A DNA stretch of 45,792 nt from Myxococcota bacterium (GCA_023150835.1 JAKLKB010000040.1:1-45792); one strand, 5' to 3'. Shown: positions 9,592-20,080, counted from the stretch's first letter. Translations and numbers: made by a program. Notes: a model not told the origin generated them from the sequence alone.

Positions 9592-12500
9592 TCACCGCAG
9601 TTCCGCCAACACCTTCGGCAAGATCGACGGCCCCATCTGCCCCAATGTCTTCGCAGCCTCCGAAAAAGCCGACGAACCCAAGCTGCTTTGTTGCTCAAAC
9701 GCCAACGCCCACACATACGCAGCCGACCAAACCCCCTTCTCTCCCATCGCCCCCAAAAGCCGCACCGTCGGGTAAAGATACAATCGCGTCCGCCCCATCG
9801 TCGCGACCCGAGGCTCCAAGATATCCCGAAATACCGAAGCGCGCTCGCCCCACGCCATCAACGCATACAAAACACCCATCACCATCGTCGCGTCTTTCTC
9901 GTCCGTCAAAATCGCCCGAACATCCGACCCCAACGCTGCGCTCTCATGTTTCAACGCACCCAACAACGGCACCACCTCCCGCCGTTCCATCAACGTCCCC
10001 GAAGACAAGATCTCTCGCAGCACCGAGAGCGCCGCAGCATCGCCCATCCACGCCACCCAACGCCCCGCCATCCAACGCAAAGCCCGATCTTTGTCTCGCA
10101 AAAAGCCCTTTACCACAGGCAACAGCGCAGGCACCCGCTGCTTGTGCGACCACAGCACCCCCAACCATGCTTGGCGCGCCTCCTTCGTTGCTGTACGCAA
10201 ACCTTCCACCAACGCGCCTTCCCACACATCCCACGTCCCTGCCCGTCGCTGTAGCACTTCCAACGCCACCTTACGCACTTCCATGCTTCTATCCAGCAAG
10301 GCCCAACGCAGCGTCGGCGTCATCACTTCTTGGTCAAACCACACCAGATGCCCGATCAGATATCTTCGCGCATTTGCATCGGACGTGGCCGCCGCTCGAA
10401 ACAAGCCCCGCATCAAGGGATAACGCTTTGGATCTTCTTTGATCCACCCCAACCATCCGCGAAAATGCGCACTCTCACCCAACAACCGCACGGCATGCGA
10501 TCGCCGCTTCGGGTTGGGATTCACCAACTCCGCAAACAGCACAGGCGCAAATTGCGCCGTTGAAACATTTACCCCTTGCAGTTTAACCAAAAACAACGCC
10601 GCCATCTCCCGATCGTTCGGCTCTTCCGCATCCATCAAAGAAAAAACATCCTGCAACGCCGAAGGCTGATACACGATCACAGGACTGTGAAAAGCCCACC
10701 ACCCCCACGTCCGTTCCTGCACAGACAACCGCCCCACCCTCGCCAAGATCGGCCTCGGATCTGTGCGAAAACGATGCGACAACAATGACCTCGCAGAGCC
10801 AGAAAACGGGTCACTCGTCTGCTTCGTCAGCCGCCAAAGCAACGGAAAGGCCAAACGCATACATGACGATTGTTCCGCCAAGATCTCCAAGATCAACGAG
10901 TTCAGCGACGGTGCCTTGCCAAACAACTCCAACATCTCTTGCGCCACCCCACAGCCCGACTCTTTTCGACCCCGCAAGGCCGACAAGATCCAATACTGCT
11001 CCGACATCTGGGCCTTCCACAGCCGCCTCAACAAACGGTCCCGAACCTTCGGGTCTTTTCGACCGACCTTCCCCAACGCCAAGATCCACGCGCCTTGGAT
11101 CTGAGGATCTTGCGCCTTCGCGGTCTCTAAACCACGCCTCAAAAAGGCCCGTAACGCCTTGTCTTCGCTCTTGCTTGAAGCCACGACCTGCAAGGCTTCT
11201 CGTCGCACCGGCATCGCTTCATCGCGCAGCCCCAACCACACCAGCCGCAGATCCACCAACCGCTGTCCCACCCGCCCCAGATGATAGGCATTCATCACAC
11301 GCTGACGCTCCATCGCGTCCGCAGCCAAACCGAAGAAAGCCACCCACAAGCCCACAGATGCGTTGCTTTCTTCGCGCAAAAAAGCAGCGTGTGTCAAAAA
11401 TGACCATCGCTGCTGCTTGAACGAACGGACCAGCGCCGACCAATCCTGCACCGTCGCGATCTCCCAAGGCTTTTTCACCCATTGCAGCCCTAAAAAACAC
11501 CGCTGCGCGATAGCATAGGACGGCTCACGCGGATGACGCCGCAGATGGGCCTCTTCGACCTCTCTCCAATGCACCGCACACACCGACAACGCCGCCTTTG
11601 AAGAGATCCCGATCGACGACAACGCCCACATCGCTTGCTTTGCGATACGCCTTTGCCCCAACGATAGCCCTGTTTGTCCATGCTTCTCTGCCCACCGCAT
11701 CACCGCTGGAAACGCCATCGCTGCATCTGGTCCCAGCACACTGAGTCCTCGCATCGCCCACAACGCCATCTCTTGATCGGCACTTGACAATGCCTCCAAC
11801 ATCTCCCCCACCGATAAGCCCGTTGCCATCGGATTCGACGCAAGCAAACGAAAAGCCAATCGGCGTTCGGACCCTCGGCCTTTTGTGTATCGCTCATGCA
11901 GCCACGCTGCACGCAACCTGCTCCACCGAGTCAAGTGATAAAACAGCATACTTTGAAGATTCGGCGCAAAACGCGCATACCCTTGAAAAGCAGCCTCCCA
12001 AAAATCAAACACTTTCAAGGGTTGGCATCCAGCCAGCCGGTCAGCTAGATCCAAGCCATAACTCACTAGGTTGGCGTTGATCGTCCCGCTCGCCGCCGTG
12101 TCCCCAAACAAAGCTTCGCGCCCATGCCCTTCATCGATGGCCTCACGAAGCCTCGCCATCACCGCCTTCACATCCTCCCAAGACCACTTCGCAAACTTGC
12201 CCCCCTCCAACAACGTCACCGCCTTCGCATCCTCCCAAGACCACACGATCTTGCTCCCCTTGGACCGTCTCTTGGTTCGACACCCTGTTGTGGTTGGCCG
12301 AAGCGAGACCGCTTCATTGCGCACACGCTGCAACACAGATCCAATGGATTGACGCCACAATACCCGATTCTCCGAGATGATATGCTCCTTTGCTTCCAAA
12401 AGCAGCCGAAGATAAATCATCCAATCTTTCGCGGCGTGCGAACGCAAGACCTCCAAGGCCGCCCCCTGCAATGCCAGATCCTCGATCAGTGCGGTCTTCC

Positions 12501-13131
12501 ACTGCGCCCGACAAACAGGCGACAACCTCACCATCGTGAGCAAGATCCGCTGCTGCGCTTTGGTGATCTCCATCCCGCCCCTTGGTGGAGACCGTCTCCA
12601 TTGTTGCCAAGCCTCCCCCAACGCTTCGCATCCCAGATCCCCGCCGACTTGCAAGATCCCCAAAACCGCCCAATACACACTATTATCGGGCAAAAACAAC
12701 AAACGCATCAGATCGGGCAACAACGGCCTGATATCCTTGCCCAACAAACGCATCTGCGTAAGCGCTTCTCGCAGGTAATACGAATGCGCGGCCTCCCCCT
12801 GCCGCCACGCCAAGACACGACGCCATAACGGCGCTCCCTCCGACCCAAACGACACCAACGCGTGTTGCGCAGTCAAACGCATATCCTGCATCTCGCTGAA
12901 GATCGAGCGCTCGATCCGCCCCAACGCTTCGGCATCTTGCGCCGCCGTAAAGCGATGCGCTTTGCGCATCTGCGCCAATATCTGCAACGCTTTTTTGATC
13001 CGCACACTCTCCTTGCTATACGCCCCGTGATAGCGCGTATTCTGGCGTCCCCGTGGACACCCCCATCCTCCCACGCTCATCCACAACACCCACAGCAACC
13101 ACCAACAGCCCCATCGCCTCGACGTCATCAT
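9592..13131 (-). CDS. Large HEAT/PBS-lyase-repeat protein, probable lipoprotein
   Basis: ~1180-aa ORF; hydrophobic N-terminus ending in GGWGC; many HEAT-like units (LRDEAMPVRREAL, LLDRSMEVRKVALEVL, LRDKDRALRWMA); start uncertain (13128-13164). Confidence 0.7.
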   Translation of the reverse strand: MMTSRRWGCWWLLWVLWMSVGGWGCPRGRQNTRYHGAYSKESVRIKKALQILAQMRKAHRFTAAQDAEALGRIERSIFSEMQDMRLTAQHALVSFGSEGAPLWRRVLAWRQGEAAHSYYLREALTQMRLLGKDIRPLLPDLMRLLFLPDNSVYWAVLGILQVGGDLGCEALGEAWQQWRRSPPRGGMEITKAQQRILLTMVRLSPVCRAQWKTALIEDLALQGAALEVLRSHAAKDWMIYLRLLLEAKEHIISENRVLWRQSIGSVLQRVRNEAVSLRPTTTGCRTKRRSKGSKIVWSWEDAKAVTLLEGGKFAKWSWEDVKAVMARLREAIDEGHGREALFGDTAASGTINANLVSYGLDLADRLAGCQPLKVFDFWEAAFQGYARFAPNLQSMLFYHLTRWSRLRAAWLHERYTKGRGSERRLAFRLLASNPMATGLSVGEMLEALSSADQEMALWAMRGLSVLGPDAAMAFPAVMRWAEKHGQTGLSLGQRRIAKQAMWALSSIGISSKAALSVCAVHWREVEEAHLRRHPREPSYAIAQRCFLGLQWVKKPWEIATVQDWSALVRSFKQQRWSFLTHAAFLREESNASVGLWVAFFGLAADAMERQRVMNAYHLGRVGQRLVDLRLVWLGLRDEAMPVRREALQVVASSKSEDKALRAFLRRGLETAKAQDPQIQGAWILALGKVGRKDPKVRDRLLRRLWKAQMSEQYWILSALRGRKESGCGVAQEMLELFGKAPSLNSLILEILAEQSSCMRLAFPLLWRLTKQTSDPFSGSARSLLSHRFRTDPRPILARVGRLSVQERTWGWWAFHSPVIVYQPSALQDVFSLMDAEEPNDREMAALFLVKLQGVNVSTAQFAPVLFAELVNPNPKRRSHAVRLLGESAHFRGWLGWIKEDPKRYPLMRGLFRAAATSDANARRYLIGHLVWFDQEVMTPTLRWALLDRSMEVRKVALEVLQRRAGTWDVWEGALVEGLRTATKEARQAWLGVLWSHKQRVPALLPVVKGFLRDKDRALRWMAGRWVAWMGDAAALSVLREILSSGTLMERREVVPLLGALKHESAALGSDVRAILTDEKDATMVMGVLYALMAWGERASVFRDILEPRVATMGRTRLYLYPTVRLLGAMGEKGVWSAAYVWALAFEQQSSLGSSAFSEAAKTLGQMGPSILPKVLAELR

Positions 13132-13286
13132 CCACCTCGCCACAACACCCACCGCATCAAGCAATAGGCCCTCTCCATCAACAACACCACCTTAACATAA
13201 AGCAACGGCGTTTCTTCTTTGCCCACCCCAAACGCACCAATACACGCCCCCTTACACATCGGCTTGACGCTGTTGAAATTGAACAG

Positions 13287-13416
13287 GTGGGATTTCACCC
13301 CACACCCCACAAGGGAACCCCATCCCCTTGACCCCGTATAGGCGGAGCGATCAGACGTTTTTCACACCAGCAGCGATTCCGCTTGAGATGGTGCAAACAT
13401 ACGGAGTTTCTGCGAC
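13287..13416 (+). repeat. ~130-bp dispersed structured element, copy A
   Basis: GTGGGATTTCACCCCACACCCCACAAGGG..CCCTTGACCCCGTA..; aligns with copies at 15044 and 22382(-). Confidence 0.85.
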
Positions 13417-13535
13417 ATTCGCCCCTGTGGGCGTTCCGTTGACAGAAAAATGGCGATGTGTTTTTGTATGGCGGCTTGGCACCGCCAAGCAAGACGAAAG
13501 AACAAAGCCAGTCTACAAACACGAAAGGCTGCCTT

Positions 13536-13739
13536 ATGCGCATGGATAGAACACAGGTCACGATCCGTCGGATCGACGAACACCACAACGACGATTTTGT
13601 ACCGGGCGATCCAACAACACGCCTCCAACTGGTTTGGCCGCTCACCCAAGAAATCGCTTCACTATGTTTGGATCGAAAGTACGATGTTGAACGAAGATTA
13701 CAAAGACATATTACGCGCGTTGTACGACGAGAACGTTAG
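13536..13739 (+). CDS. Small partner protein (67 aa) of downstream nucleotidyltransferase
   Basis: MRMDRTQVTIRR...RLQLVWPLT...YDVERRLQRHITRVVRRER; overlaps start of NTase gene; GAAAGG RBS. Confidence 0.65.
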   Translation: MRMDRTQVTIRRIDEHHNDDFVPGDPTTRLQLVWPLTQEIASLCLDRKYDVERRLQRHITRVVRRER

Positions 13740-14154
13740 TTTTCTCTTGGTGGGAGCCTACGCGATGGCTGCTCACGGCTATCCACGCGCTACGATGGAT
13801 ATCGATATATGGGTGATGCCCTCTCCCCAAAATGCGGAGGCTGTGCTGTGCGCGTTGAGACGCTTTGGAGCGCCACTCCACGATCTCACGAAAGAAGACC
13901 TCCAAAAAGAAGGTACGATCTTTCAGATCGGTGTTGCCCCTCGACGCATCGATATCATCACAGCAGCCTCAGGTTTGCGTTTTGAAGCCGCCCACAAACG
14001 CGCTTTGTCGGTAGAGATCGAAGGAATCAAGGTCTACATTCCGTCTATCGACGATCTCATCACCAACAAAAAAGCCTCTGGCAGAACAAAAGATCTTGCA
14101 GACGTTGAAGCGCTTGAGTCGTTGAAATCAACGAGTACCGATAAAAAGACATAA
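13684..14154 (+). CDS. Nucleotidyltransferase (DUF6036-like, pol-beta fold)
   Basis: LVGAYAMAAHGYPRATMDIDIW and LITNKKASGRTKDLADVEAL motifs; 156 aa from ATG 13684. Confidence 0.85.
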   Translation: MLNEDYKDILRALYDENVSFLLVGAYAMAAHGYPRATMDIDIWVMPSPQNAEAVLCALRRFGAPLHDLTKEDLQKEGTIFQIGVAPRRIDIITAASGLRFEAAHKRALSVEIEGIKVYIPSIDDLITNKKASGRTKDLADVEALESLKSTSTDKKT

Positions 14155-14169
14155 ATCGATGGCGATCGC

Positions 14170-14988
14170 TCATCGCGGGAGTTGGCGTTCGCGTAGCATC
14201 CGCGCCAAACGGCCCCAGACAAAGCGCATCAAAAAGCGCGGTGTCATCGACGAAAAGAACATCATCATGGACATCATCCATCCCGTCACGATCAGCGGCT
14301 TACCACGCACAAAGCCACGCAACGATTCACGCGCACACTGCTCCGCAGAGATCTCAAGCCACTTCGGAACAGACATCCCCGTCGGATTGCCCGACACCGA
14401 CTCAAACTCCGTAGCGACCGGACCCGGACAGACCTGCGTCACCACAACGCCCAAATGCTGGACTTCGCAACGCAAGGACTCTGTAAAGCTCGTGACATAA
14501 TGCTTGGTCCCCACATACGAAGCTGCCCCCGCCATAAACGTCAGCCCCGCCGACGAACTGATGTTCAAGATCCCACCTTTCTTGCGTGCGATCATCTTGC
14601 CGATCAGTCGGTGGGTAAGGTACGTCAGCGACGTCACATTGAGCTGGATCATCCGTTGCAGTTTGTCCCATCCCGCAAACTCCAAAAGCGAGATATCACC
14701 AAAGCCTGCATTGTTTACCAAGATCCCGATCTCTTCGCCTTCACGCTCCAAACCATCCACCAACGCTTTGACCGCCTCCAGATCCACCAGATCACAAGCC
14801 CGCACCACCACACGCAAGCCTTTGTACTGGGCTTCTAGCTGCTTTTTCAAATCCAACAATCGGTCTTCCCGGCGCGCCACCAAGATCAACACCCCCACCT
14901 CACCCGCCATTTGTTGCGCCAACGCCATCCCAATCCCCGCCGACGCACCCGTCAAAAGCACCGTCTCTCCCTTGATCGACAATCGCAT
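14170..14988 (-). CDS. Short-chain dehydrogenase/reductase
   Basis: TGASAGIG, LVNNAGFG, catalytic YVGTK. Confidence 0.93.
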   Translation of the reverse strand: MRLSIKGETVLLTGASAGIGMALAQQMAGEVGVLILVARREDRLLDLKKQLEAQYKGLRVVVRACDLVDLEAVKALVDGLEREGEEIGILVNNAGFGDISLLEFAGWDKLQRMIQLNVTSLTYLTHRLIGKMIARKKGGILNISSSAGLTFMAGAASYVGTKHYVTSFTESLRCEVQHLGVVVTQVCPGPVATEFESVSGNPTGMSVPKWLEISAEQCARESLRGFVRGKPLIVTGWMMSMMMFFSSMTPRFLMRFVWGRLARMLRERQLPR

Positions 14989-15043
14989 CGCTCACACTCC
15001 TTTTTCTTTGCTCGTAATAGAACTGACTTGTTCGATGGTTTTT

Positions 15044-15173
15044 GTGGGGTTTCACCCCACACCCCACAAGGGGTCATAACCCCCTTGACCCCGTATCGGC
15101 GAAGAGATCACAGGCTTTTCAACACAACGGCTGTGTCGCTTGGTGTGGCGCGAACACAGGTTTTTTTGGCCAC
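15044..15173 (+). repeat. ~130-bp dispersed structured element, copy B
   Basis: GTGGGGTTTCACCCCACACCCCACAAGGGG..CCCCTTGACCCCGTATCGGCG..TCGCTTGGTGTGGCGCGAACACAGG..GCCAC. Confidence 0.85.
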
Positions 15174-15319
15174 AAGTCACTCCTTATTTGTTCTTTGCGC
15201 CGTGTGTAGCCTGCCATCTTGCCGCTTATGTACAAGCGCCCCCCTTGCAAAGACCGTCGCCTTCGGGCGATCCTCTACGGCACGCTGCTCTCCACCTTAC
15301 ACAACACAGGGAGATATCG

Positions 15320-16984
15320 ATGGAACCCTCCGATGAATCGATCACGGACGCTGCGCGACGACGCGCCCAACTCGAACCACCCGAACAAGCCGATGTGATC
15401 CTTGTGGGGGCGGGGATGGCCGGCCTTGTCGCAGGAGCTTACCTCGCCCAAAGCGGCCTACGCATCGCCTGTTTTGACAGCCATTACACCGCAGGCGGAT
15501 GCTCGACGCAATTCGCTCGCGGCGCTCGCCAAGCGCGATTTTACTTTGACGTGGGCATCCATTACCTCGGAGACTGTGGACCCAACGGGCGTATCCCTCG
15601 GATCTTGCGAGGCGCAGGCATCCAACAAGAATTTGTCCCGATGGACCCTGACGGATTCGATATCTTCCATTTTCCCGACCTCACCTTTCGAATGCCTGTC
15701 GGCCACGACCGTTTCCGCGAACGCCTCGTTGAACACTTCCCTCACGAGAGCAAAGGCATCGACCGCTACCTCCGCTTTTTGCGAGAAGTCGACCTTGCTA
15801 CCCACGAGATGGCCGCATCACACGGCAAGATCAACTTGCGCGTCTTTTGGAGCCTCCTGCGCAACACTCGCATCCTCCCCTTCCATCAAAACAGCACCAT
15901 GCGCGAGCTACTTGACTCTTGCACACGCGATCCCAAACTTCGCGCCGTCTTGCTCGGACAACACGGCGATTACGCACTCCCCCCCAGCGAAGTCAGCGCT
16001 CTCCTACACGCGGGGCTTTGCAATCATTACCTTCACGGGGCCTATTATCCCAAAGGCGGCGGGCAGATCATCGCAGACAAACTCGCCCACACCATCGAAG
16101 AAAAAGGCGGATCGATCCACCTTCGACGCGGGATCGCCAAGATCCTGATCCAAGAAGGCCGTGCCATCGGCGTCCAAACCGAAGCCCGCAAAGGTGAAAC
16201 AAGGATCATCCGCGCCCCCATCGTGATATCCGCAGCAGACTACAAACAAACCATGCTTTCTCTTGTCGGCCCCGAACATCTCCCCAACGGCTGGACGCAA
16301 CGCATCCAACAAGCCCCCATGGCCGACGCTTTGTTTTGCACCTTCCTCGGTATCCAAGGCGATCTGCGCTCGTTTGGCCTGACCAACGCCAACCATTGGC
16401 TCTTTGAAACCTACGACTTCGACGAAGCCTACCGCACCTTACGCAAAAGCCCGACACCTCGCGCACTTGGCGCATACATCACCAGCGCATCCCTCAAAGA
16501 CCCCGAAACCACACACCATGCCCCCCCCGAGCACCAAGCCCTCGAAGTCATGACGATCACTTCGGGATTACCGTCCTTTTGGGGCGTCAAGCCAAACGAT
16601 ATCACCGCTTGGGATTATCGCCACGATCCAGCCTACCAAGCCAACAAACAACAGATGGAAGAGGCCCTGATCCAACGCCTCGAACAAGCCTTCCCGGGCA
16701 CCCAAGCCGCCATCGTCTACCGCGAGTCCTCCACCCCTGTGACGCACACACGCTTTACCCGCGCAAGTGACGGAACAAGCTACGGCCTCGCCGCGACACC
16801 CGCTCAATTCATGAACAACCGCCCGGGTTTTCGCACCCCGCTCCAAGGGCTTTATCTTTGCGGTGTATCGACCCGTTCGGGACATGGTATCTTAGGCGCG
16901 ATGGAATCGGGCCTTGCAGTAGCCCGTTGTGTGACGAAAGATCACAAACGCCCGCTGTTCGAGGCAAATACAAACGCCGCTTGA
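15320..16984 (+). CDS. Phytoene desaturase / retinol saturase-family FAD oxidoreductase
   Basis: VGAGMAGL Rossmann motif, FDVGIHYLG, YYPKGGGQ, STPVTHTRF, TPLQGLYLCG. Confidence 0.88.
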   Translation: MEPSDESITDAARRRAQLEPPEQADVILVGAGMAGLVAGAYLAQSGLRIACFDSHYTAGGCSTQFARGARQARFYFDVGIHYLGDCGPNGRIPRILRGAGIQQEFVPMDPDGFDIFHFPDLTFRMPVGHDRFRERLVEHFPHESKGIDRYLRFLREVDLATHEMAASHGKINLRVFWSLLRNTRILPFHQNSTMRELLDSCTRDPKLRAVLLGQHGDYALPPSEVSALLHAGLCNHYLHGAYYPKGGGQIIADKLAHTIEEKGGSIHLRRGIAKILIQEGRAIGVQTEARKGETRIIRAPIVISAADYKQTMLSLVGPEHLPNGWTQRIQQAPMADALFCTFLGIQGDLRSFGLTNANHWLFETYDFDEAYRTLRKSPTPRALGAYITSASLKDPETTHHAPPEHQALEVMTITSGLPSFWGVKPNDITAWDYRHDPAYQANKQQMEEALIQRLEQAFPGTQAAIVYRESSTPVTHTRFTRASDGTSYGLAATPAQFMNNRPGFRTPLQGLYLCGVSTRSGHGILGAMESGLAVARCVTKDHKRPLFEANTNAA

Positions 16985-17222
16985 CATCACCACGAACCGA
17001 GATCAATACAAACGCCGATTGGCCTCACCGCAGATCGAGGCGGATACGAGCGCCGCTTGGTCTCATACGATATCCGTGTGAAGTGTTCCCGTAGGATAGT
17101 GCGTAGACACCCGATCGTTGGGCAGCCACACCTGTCTGCCCCTACGCTTTGCGATCACACGCCCTGCGGATCTCGTATCACCACGAATCGAGATCGATAC
17201 AAACACCGCTTGCCCTCGCCAC
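16961..17222. repeat. Degenerate 38-bp tandem repeat (3 adjacent copies + 1 displaced)
   Basis: Units start 16961, 16999, 17037 and 17190; consensus GAGrycrATACAAACGCCGCTTG..CTCACC. Confidence 0.7.
17120..17160 (-). repeat. GTAG-type REP hairpin
   Basis: GGGCAGCCACACCTGTCTGCCCCTAC followed by GCTTTGCGATCACAC; similar units at 20344 and 41710. Confidence 0.7.
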
Positions 17223-17251
17223 TGCTTCACTAAAACGGATGATTTGACATC

Positions 17252-18139
17252 ATGCCAACCACTTCCACACGTTCGTTCGCCCTTCGAATTGGGGCGCTGC
17301 TTGCCATACTTGGCGGAGCTTACGGGCTTTGGCTCACCACCTCCTCCGTCCACTCACCCAAGACTTTGCTTGTGTATGTGGGCGCGGCATCCAAACCACC
17401 GACAGAAGAGGTGATCCGCCTCTACGAAAAAAAGACGGGCGTCAAAGTGGAAGCGATCTTTGGCGGTTCGGGCTACATCCTATCACAGATGAAACTGGCG
17501 AAACGCGGTGACGTCTATTTCCCCGGATCATCGGACTACATGGAAAAAGCCAAACGCGAAGGAGATATCGTTCCTGAAACGGAGCGGATCGTGGTGTACC
17601 TTGTTCCCGCAATCAACGTCCGAAAAGGCAACCCCAAGCGCATCCGCAACCTGCGCGACCTAACACGAGAAGATCTCAAGGTCGCGATCGCCAACCCAGA
17701 AGGCGTCTGCGTAGGGGCCTATGCTGTCGAGATGATCGAGCGCCGCTTCACGCCAGACCAAAGAGCGAAGTTCCAAAAAAACGTGATCAACTACACCGAG
17801 TCTTGCGAAAAAACCGCCACCGCGATCTCGCTCAAGATGGCCGATGCGGTGATCGGATGGCGAGTGTTTGAACATTGGGATCCTGCGCGGATCGAGACGA
17901 TCCCGCTTTCCAAAGAAGATATCCCGCGCATCGGATACATCCCTGTCGCGATCGCAAAGTATACCCAAGACCGCACAGCCGCCCAAGCCTTTGTGTCTTT
18001 TTTGGTCGGTCCCGAAGGAAGGGCGATCTACGCGAAGTACCGCTACTTTGCGACCGCCGAAGCAGCGGCTGCGTGGATCGGAGAAAAAAAGCCCGTGGGT
18101 GGCGAATACTCCGTCCCCGCGCATTGGTTAAAAAGGTAA
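17252..18139 (+). CDS. modA: Molybdate/tungstate ABC transporter substrate-binding protein
   Basis: N-terminal signal/anchor, VGAAS, FGGSG, VAIANPE, AIYAKYRYF; first gene of ABC triad. Confidence 0.85.
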   Translation: MPTTSTRSFALRIGALLAILGGAYGLWLTTSSVHSPKTLLVYVGAASKPPTEEVIRLYEKKTGVKVEAIFGGSGYILSQMKLAKRGDVYFPGSSDYMEKAKREGDIVPETERIVVYLVPAINVRKGNPKRIRNLRDLTREDLKVAIANPEGVCVGAYAVEMIERRFTPDQRAKFQKNVINYTESCEKTATAISLKMADAVIGWRVFEHWDPARIETIPLSKEDIPRIGYIPVAIAKYTQDRTAAQAFVSFLVGPEGRAIYAKYRYFATAEAAAAWIGEKKPVGGEYSVPAHWLKR

Positions 18140-18145
18140 TCTGCG

Positions 18146-18940
18146 TTGCGATCTACATTGCGTCGAACCACCCTCACGGCGGCATTTGCCGTGTTGCTCT
18201 TGTATGGTGGGTTGATCCTTTCGCTTGGCTGGTTTTTGGAAGGGGCGGTGTTACGGGGGATGTTGTTCTCGGAGCGCAGTCTTTTTGCGATACGACTTTC
18301 GCTGATCACGGCGACGATATCTTCGTGTATGGCGTTGATCATCGCGATCCCTGCGGCCTATGCGCTGTCTCGCTATCGTTTTTGGGGGTGCGAAGCGATC
18401 AACACACTTCTGGAATTTCCGATCATCGTCTCGCCAGCGGCCTTGGGAGCGATCTTGTTGATGTTCTTCAGCAGTCCGTTGGGTGAATGGCTCCAAGCCC
18501 ACACAGTGCGCTTTGTGTTTGGTTTTGCGGGGATCTTGCTTGCGCAGTTTGTCACGGTGTTGGGCGTGGCGGTGCGACTGCTCAAAGCATCGTTTGATGA
18601 AGTCCCCGTCGAGATGGAGGTGATCGCACGAACCTTGGGCGCAACCCCTCGATACGCCTTTTTTACGGTGGTGCTTCCGTTGGCGCGGCGGGGGATCTTG
18701 GCGGCTTTCGTGCTGTCATGGGCCAAGGCGCTTGGAGAGTTCGGTGCGACGGTGACGCTCGCTGGAACGATGGCGATGCGCACAGAAACGCTGCCTGTGG
18801 CGATCTATCTGCGCCTTGCTTCCGCCGATATCGAAGGCACCGCTGCGCTGATCTTGATCATGGTTGGGATCGGCCTGTGTTCGCTGTATCTTGCGCGTCG
18901 ACTGTTGCAGCGGTCGGTCGATGCAAACAGGATGGGATAA
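18146..18940 (+). CDS. modB: Molybdate/tungstate ABC transporter permease
   Basis: Multiple TM helices, EAA-like loop ARTLGA, KALGEFGAT, TETLPVAIY; start uncertain. Confidence 0.85.
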   Translation: MRSTLRRTTLTAAFAVLLLYGGLILSLGWFLEGAVLRGMLFSERSLFAIRLSLITATISSCMALIIAIPAAYALSRYRFWGCEAINTLLEFPIIVSPAALGAILLMFFSSPLGEWLQAHTVRFVFGFAGILLAQFVTVLGVAVRLLKASFDEVPVEMEVIARTLGATPRYAFFTVVLPLARRGILAAFVLSWAKALGEFGATVTLAGTMAMRTETLPVAIYLRLASADIEGTAALILIMVGIGLCSLYLARRLLQRSVDANRMG

Positions 18941-20080
18941 ATGTTTTCGGTCGAATCGCTGCGTGTTTGTGTCGGTTCATTTGCTCTCGAAGCGTTGGAT
19001 TTAGCGGTTTCAAAGGGGGAGTGTCATGTGTTGCTTGGGCCGTCAGGATCGGGGAAAACGACCTTGTTACGGAGCTTTCTGGGGCTGATCCCTGTTCAGA
19101 GCGGAAAGATCCGCCTGATGGGGCGTGATATCACGACATTGCCGATCGAGTCGCGGGGCTTTGGTTATGTTCCGCAACATCTCGGACTGTTTCCGCATCT
19201 TTGCGTTCGGGACAACATCGCGTACAGCGCCAAAGCACGCAACATTCCGATCGATTCGTTCCAACCTGTGGTCGATGGGCTGGTTGAGGCCACCGATATC
19301 CGAGACTTGTTGGAGCGGATGCCGCACACCTTGTCGGGTGGAGAGCGGCAGCGTGTCGGTTTGGTGCGTGCATTGGCGAGCCAGCCGCATGTGTTGCTGT
19401 TGGATGAACCCTTTACAGCGCTGCATGAAAGCCTACGCCAAGAGCTTTGGGCGCTAATGCGTAGGTTGCAGCGCAAGCATCAGTTGACGCTGTTGTTGAT
19501 TACGCACGATCTACGGGAGGCTTACGCTTTGGCGGACAGCATCACCGTGTTGCTTGGTGGGCGCGTGGTGCAACAAGGCTCGAAAGAAGAAGTGTTTTCT
19601 CGCCCCAAAACACCCGAAGTCGCTCGATTTCTCGGCATAGAAAATATATTACAAGGGCGCATCCTCAAACAAGACGGCCTTGTGTGGCTTGTCGATATCG
19701 CAGGAGTCGAGATCCCGATCACGGCGTATCCTCCGCCATCCAACGCTGCGCTTGAACAGGACGAAGTCTGGGTGACGATCCGCAGCGAAGATATCCTCTT
19801 GTCTGCGGCACAAACGCCCTACCCAAGCGAGACTCCGTTGCGTGGAACGATCCGCTCGATTCATCCGAGCTATCCGTTATGGAAGATCGAGATCGATGTG
19901 GGATTTCAGATGATCGCCTCTGTCACCCGCCATCAAGCCGAAGAGATGGGGCTAAACGTAGGCTCGAACGTGCAGATCGGATGGAAGCCACAAACACTCG
20001 GACACATCGTCTGTAAAGCCCATCCAGCCGGGGGTATCAGGCATGGGCAGATGTCGTCTCAGCCCACGGGCATCGGGTGA
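18941..20080 (+). CDS. modC: ABC transporter ATP-binding subunit with TOBE domain
   Basis: GPSGSGKT, LSGGERQR, LLLDEPF, ITHD; TOBE-like ASVTRHQAEEMGLNVG; last ~29 aa probably derived from an inserted element. Confidence 0.88.
   Translation: MFSVESLRVCVGSFALEALDLAVSKGECHVLLGPSGSGKTTLLRSFLGLIPVQSGKIRLMGRDITTLPIESRGFGYVPQHLGLFPHLCVRDNIAYSAKARNIPIDSFQPVVDGLVEATDIRDLLERMPHTLSGGERQRVGLVRALASQPHVLLLDEPFTALHESLRQELWALMRRLQRKHQLTLLLITHDLREAYALADSITVLLGGRVVQQGSKEEVFSRPKTPEVARFLGIENILQGRILKQDGLVWLVDIAGVEIPITAYPPPSNAALEQDEVWVTIRSEDILLSAAQTPYPSETPLRGTIRSIHPSYPLWKIEIDVGFQMIASVTRHQAEEMGLNVGSNVQIGWKPQTLGHIVCKAHPAGGIRHGQMSSQPTGIG

Noticed and set aside
9222-10442. 406-aa Pro-rich plus-strand ORF
   Set aside because: Antisense to HEAT gene; explained by stop-poor C-rich strand
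16961-17222. CRISPR array
   Set aside because: Units are contiguous and degenerate with no unique spacers; no cas genes
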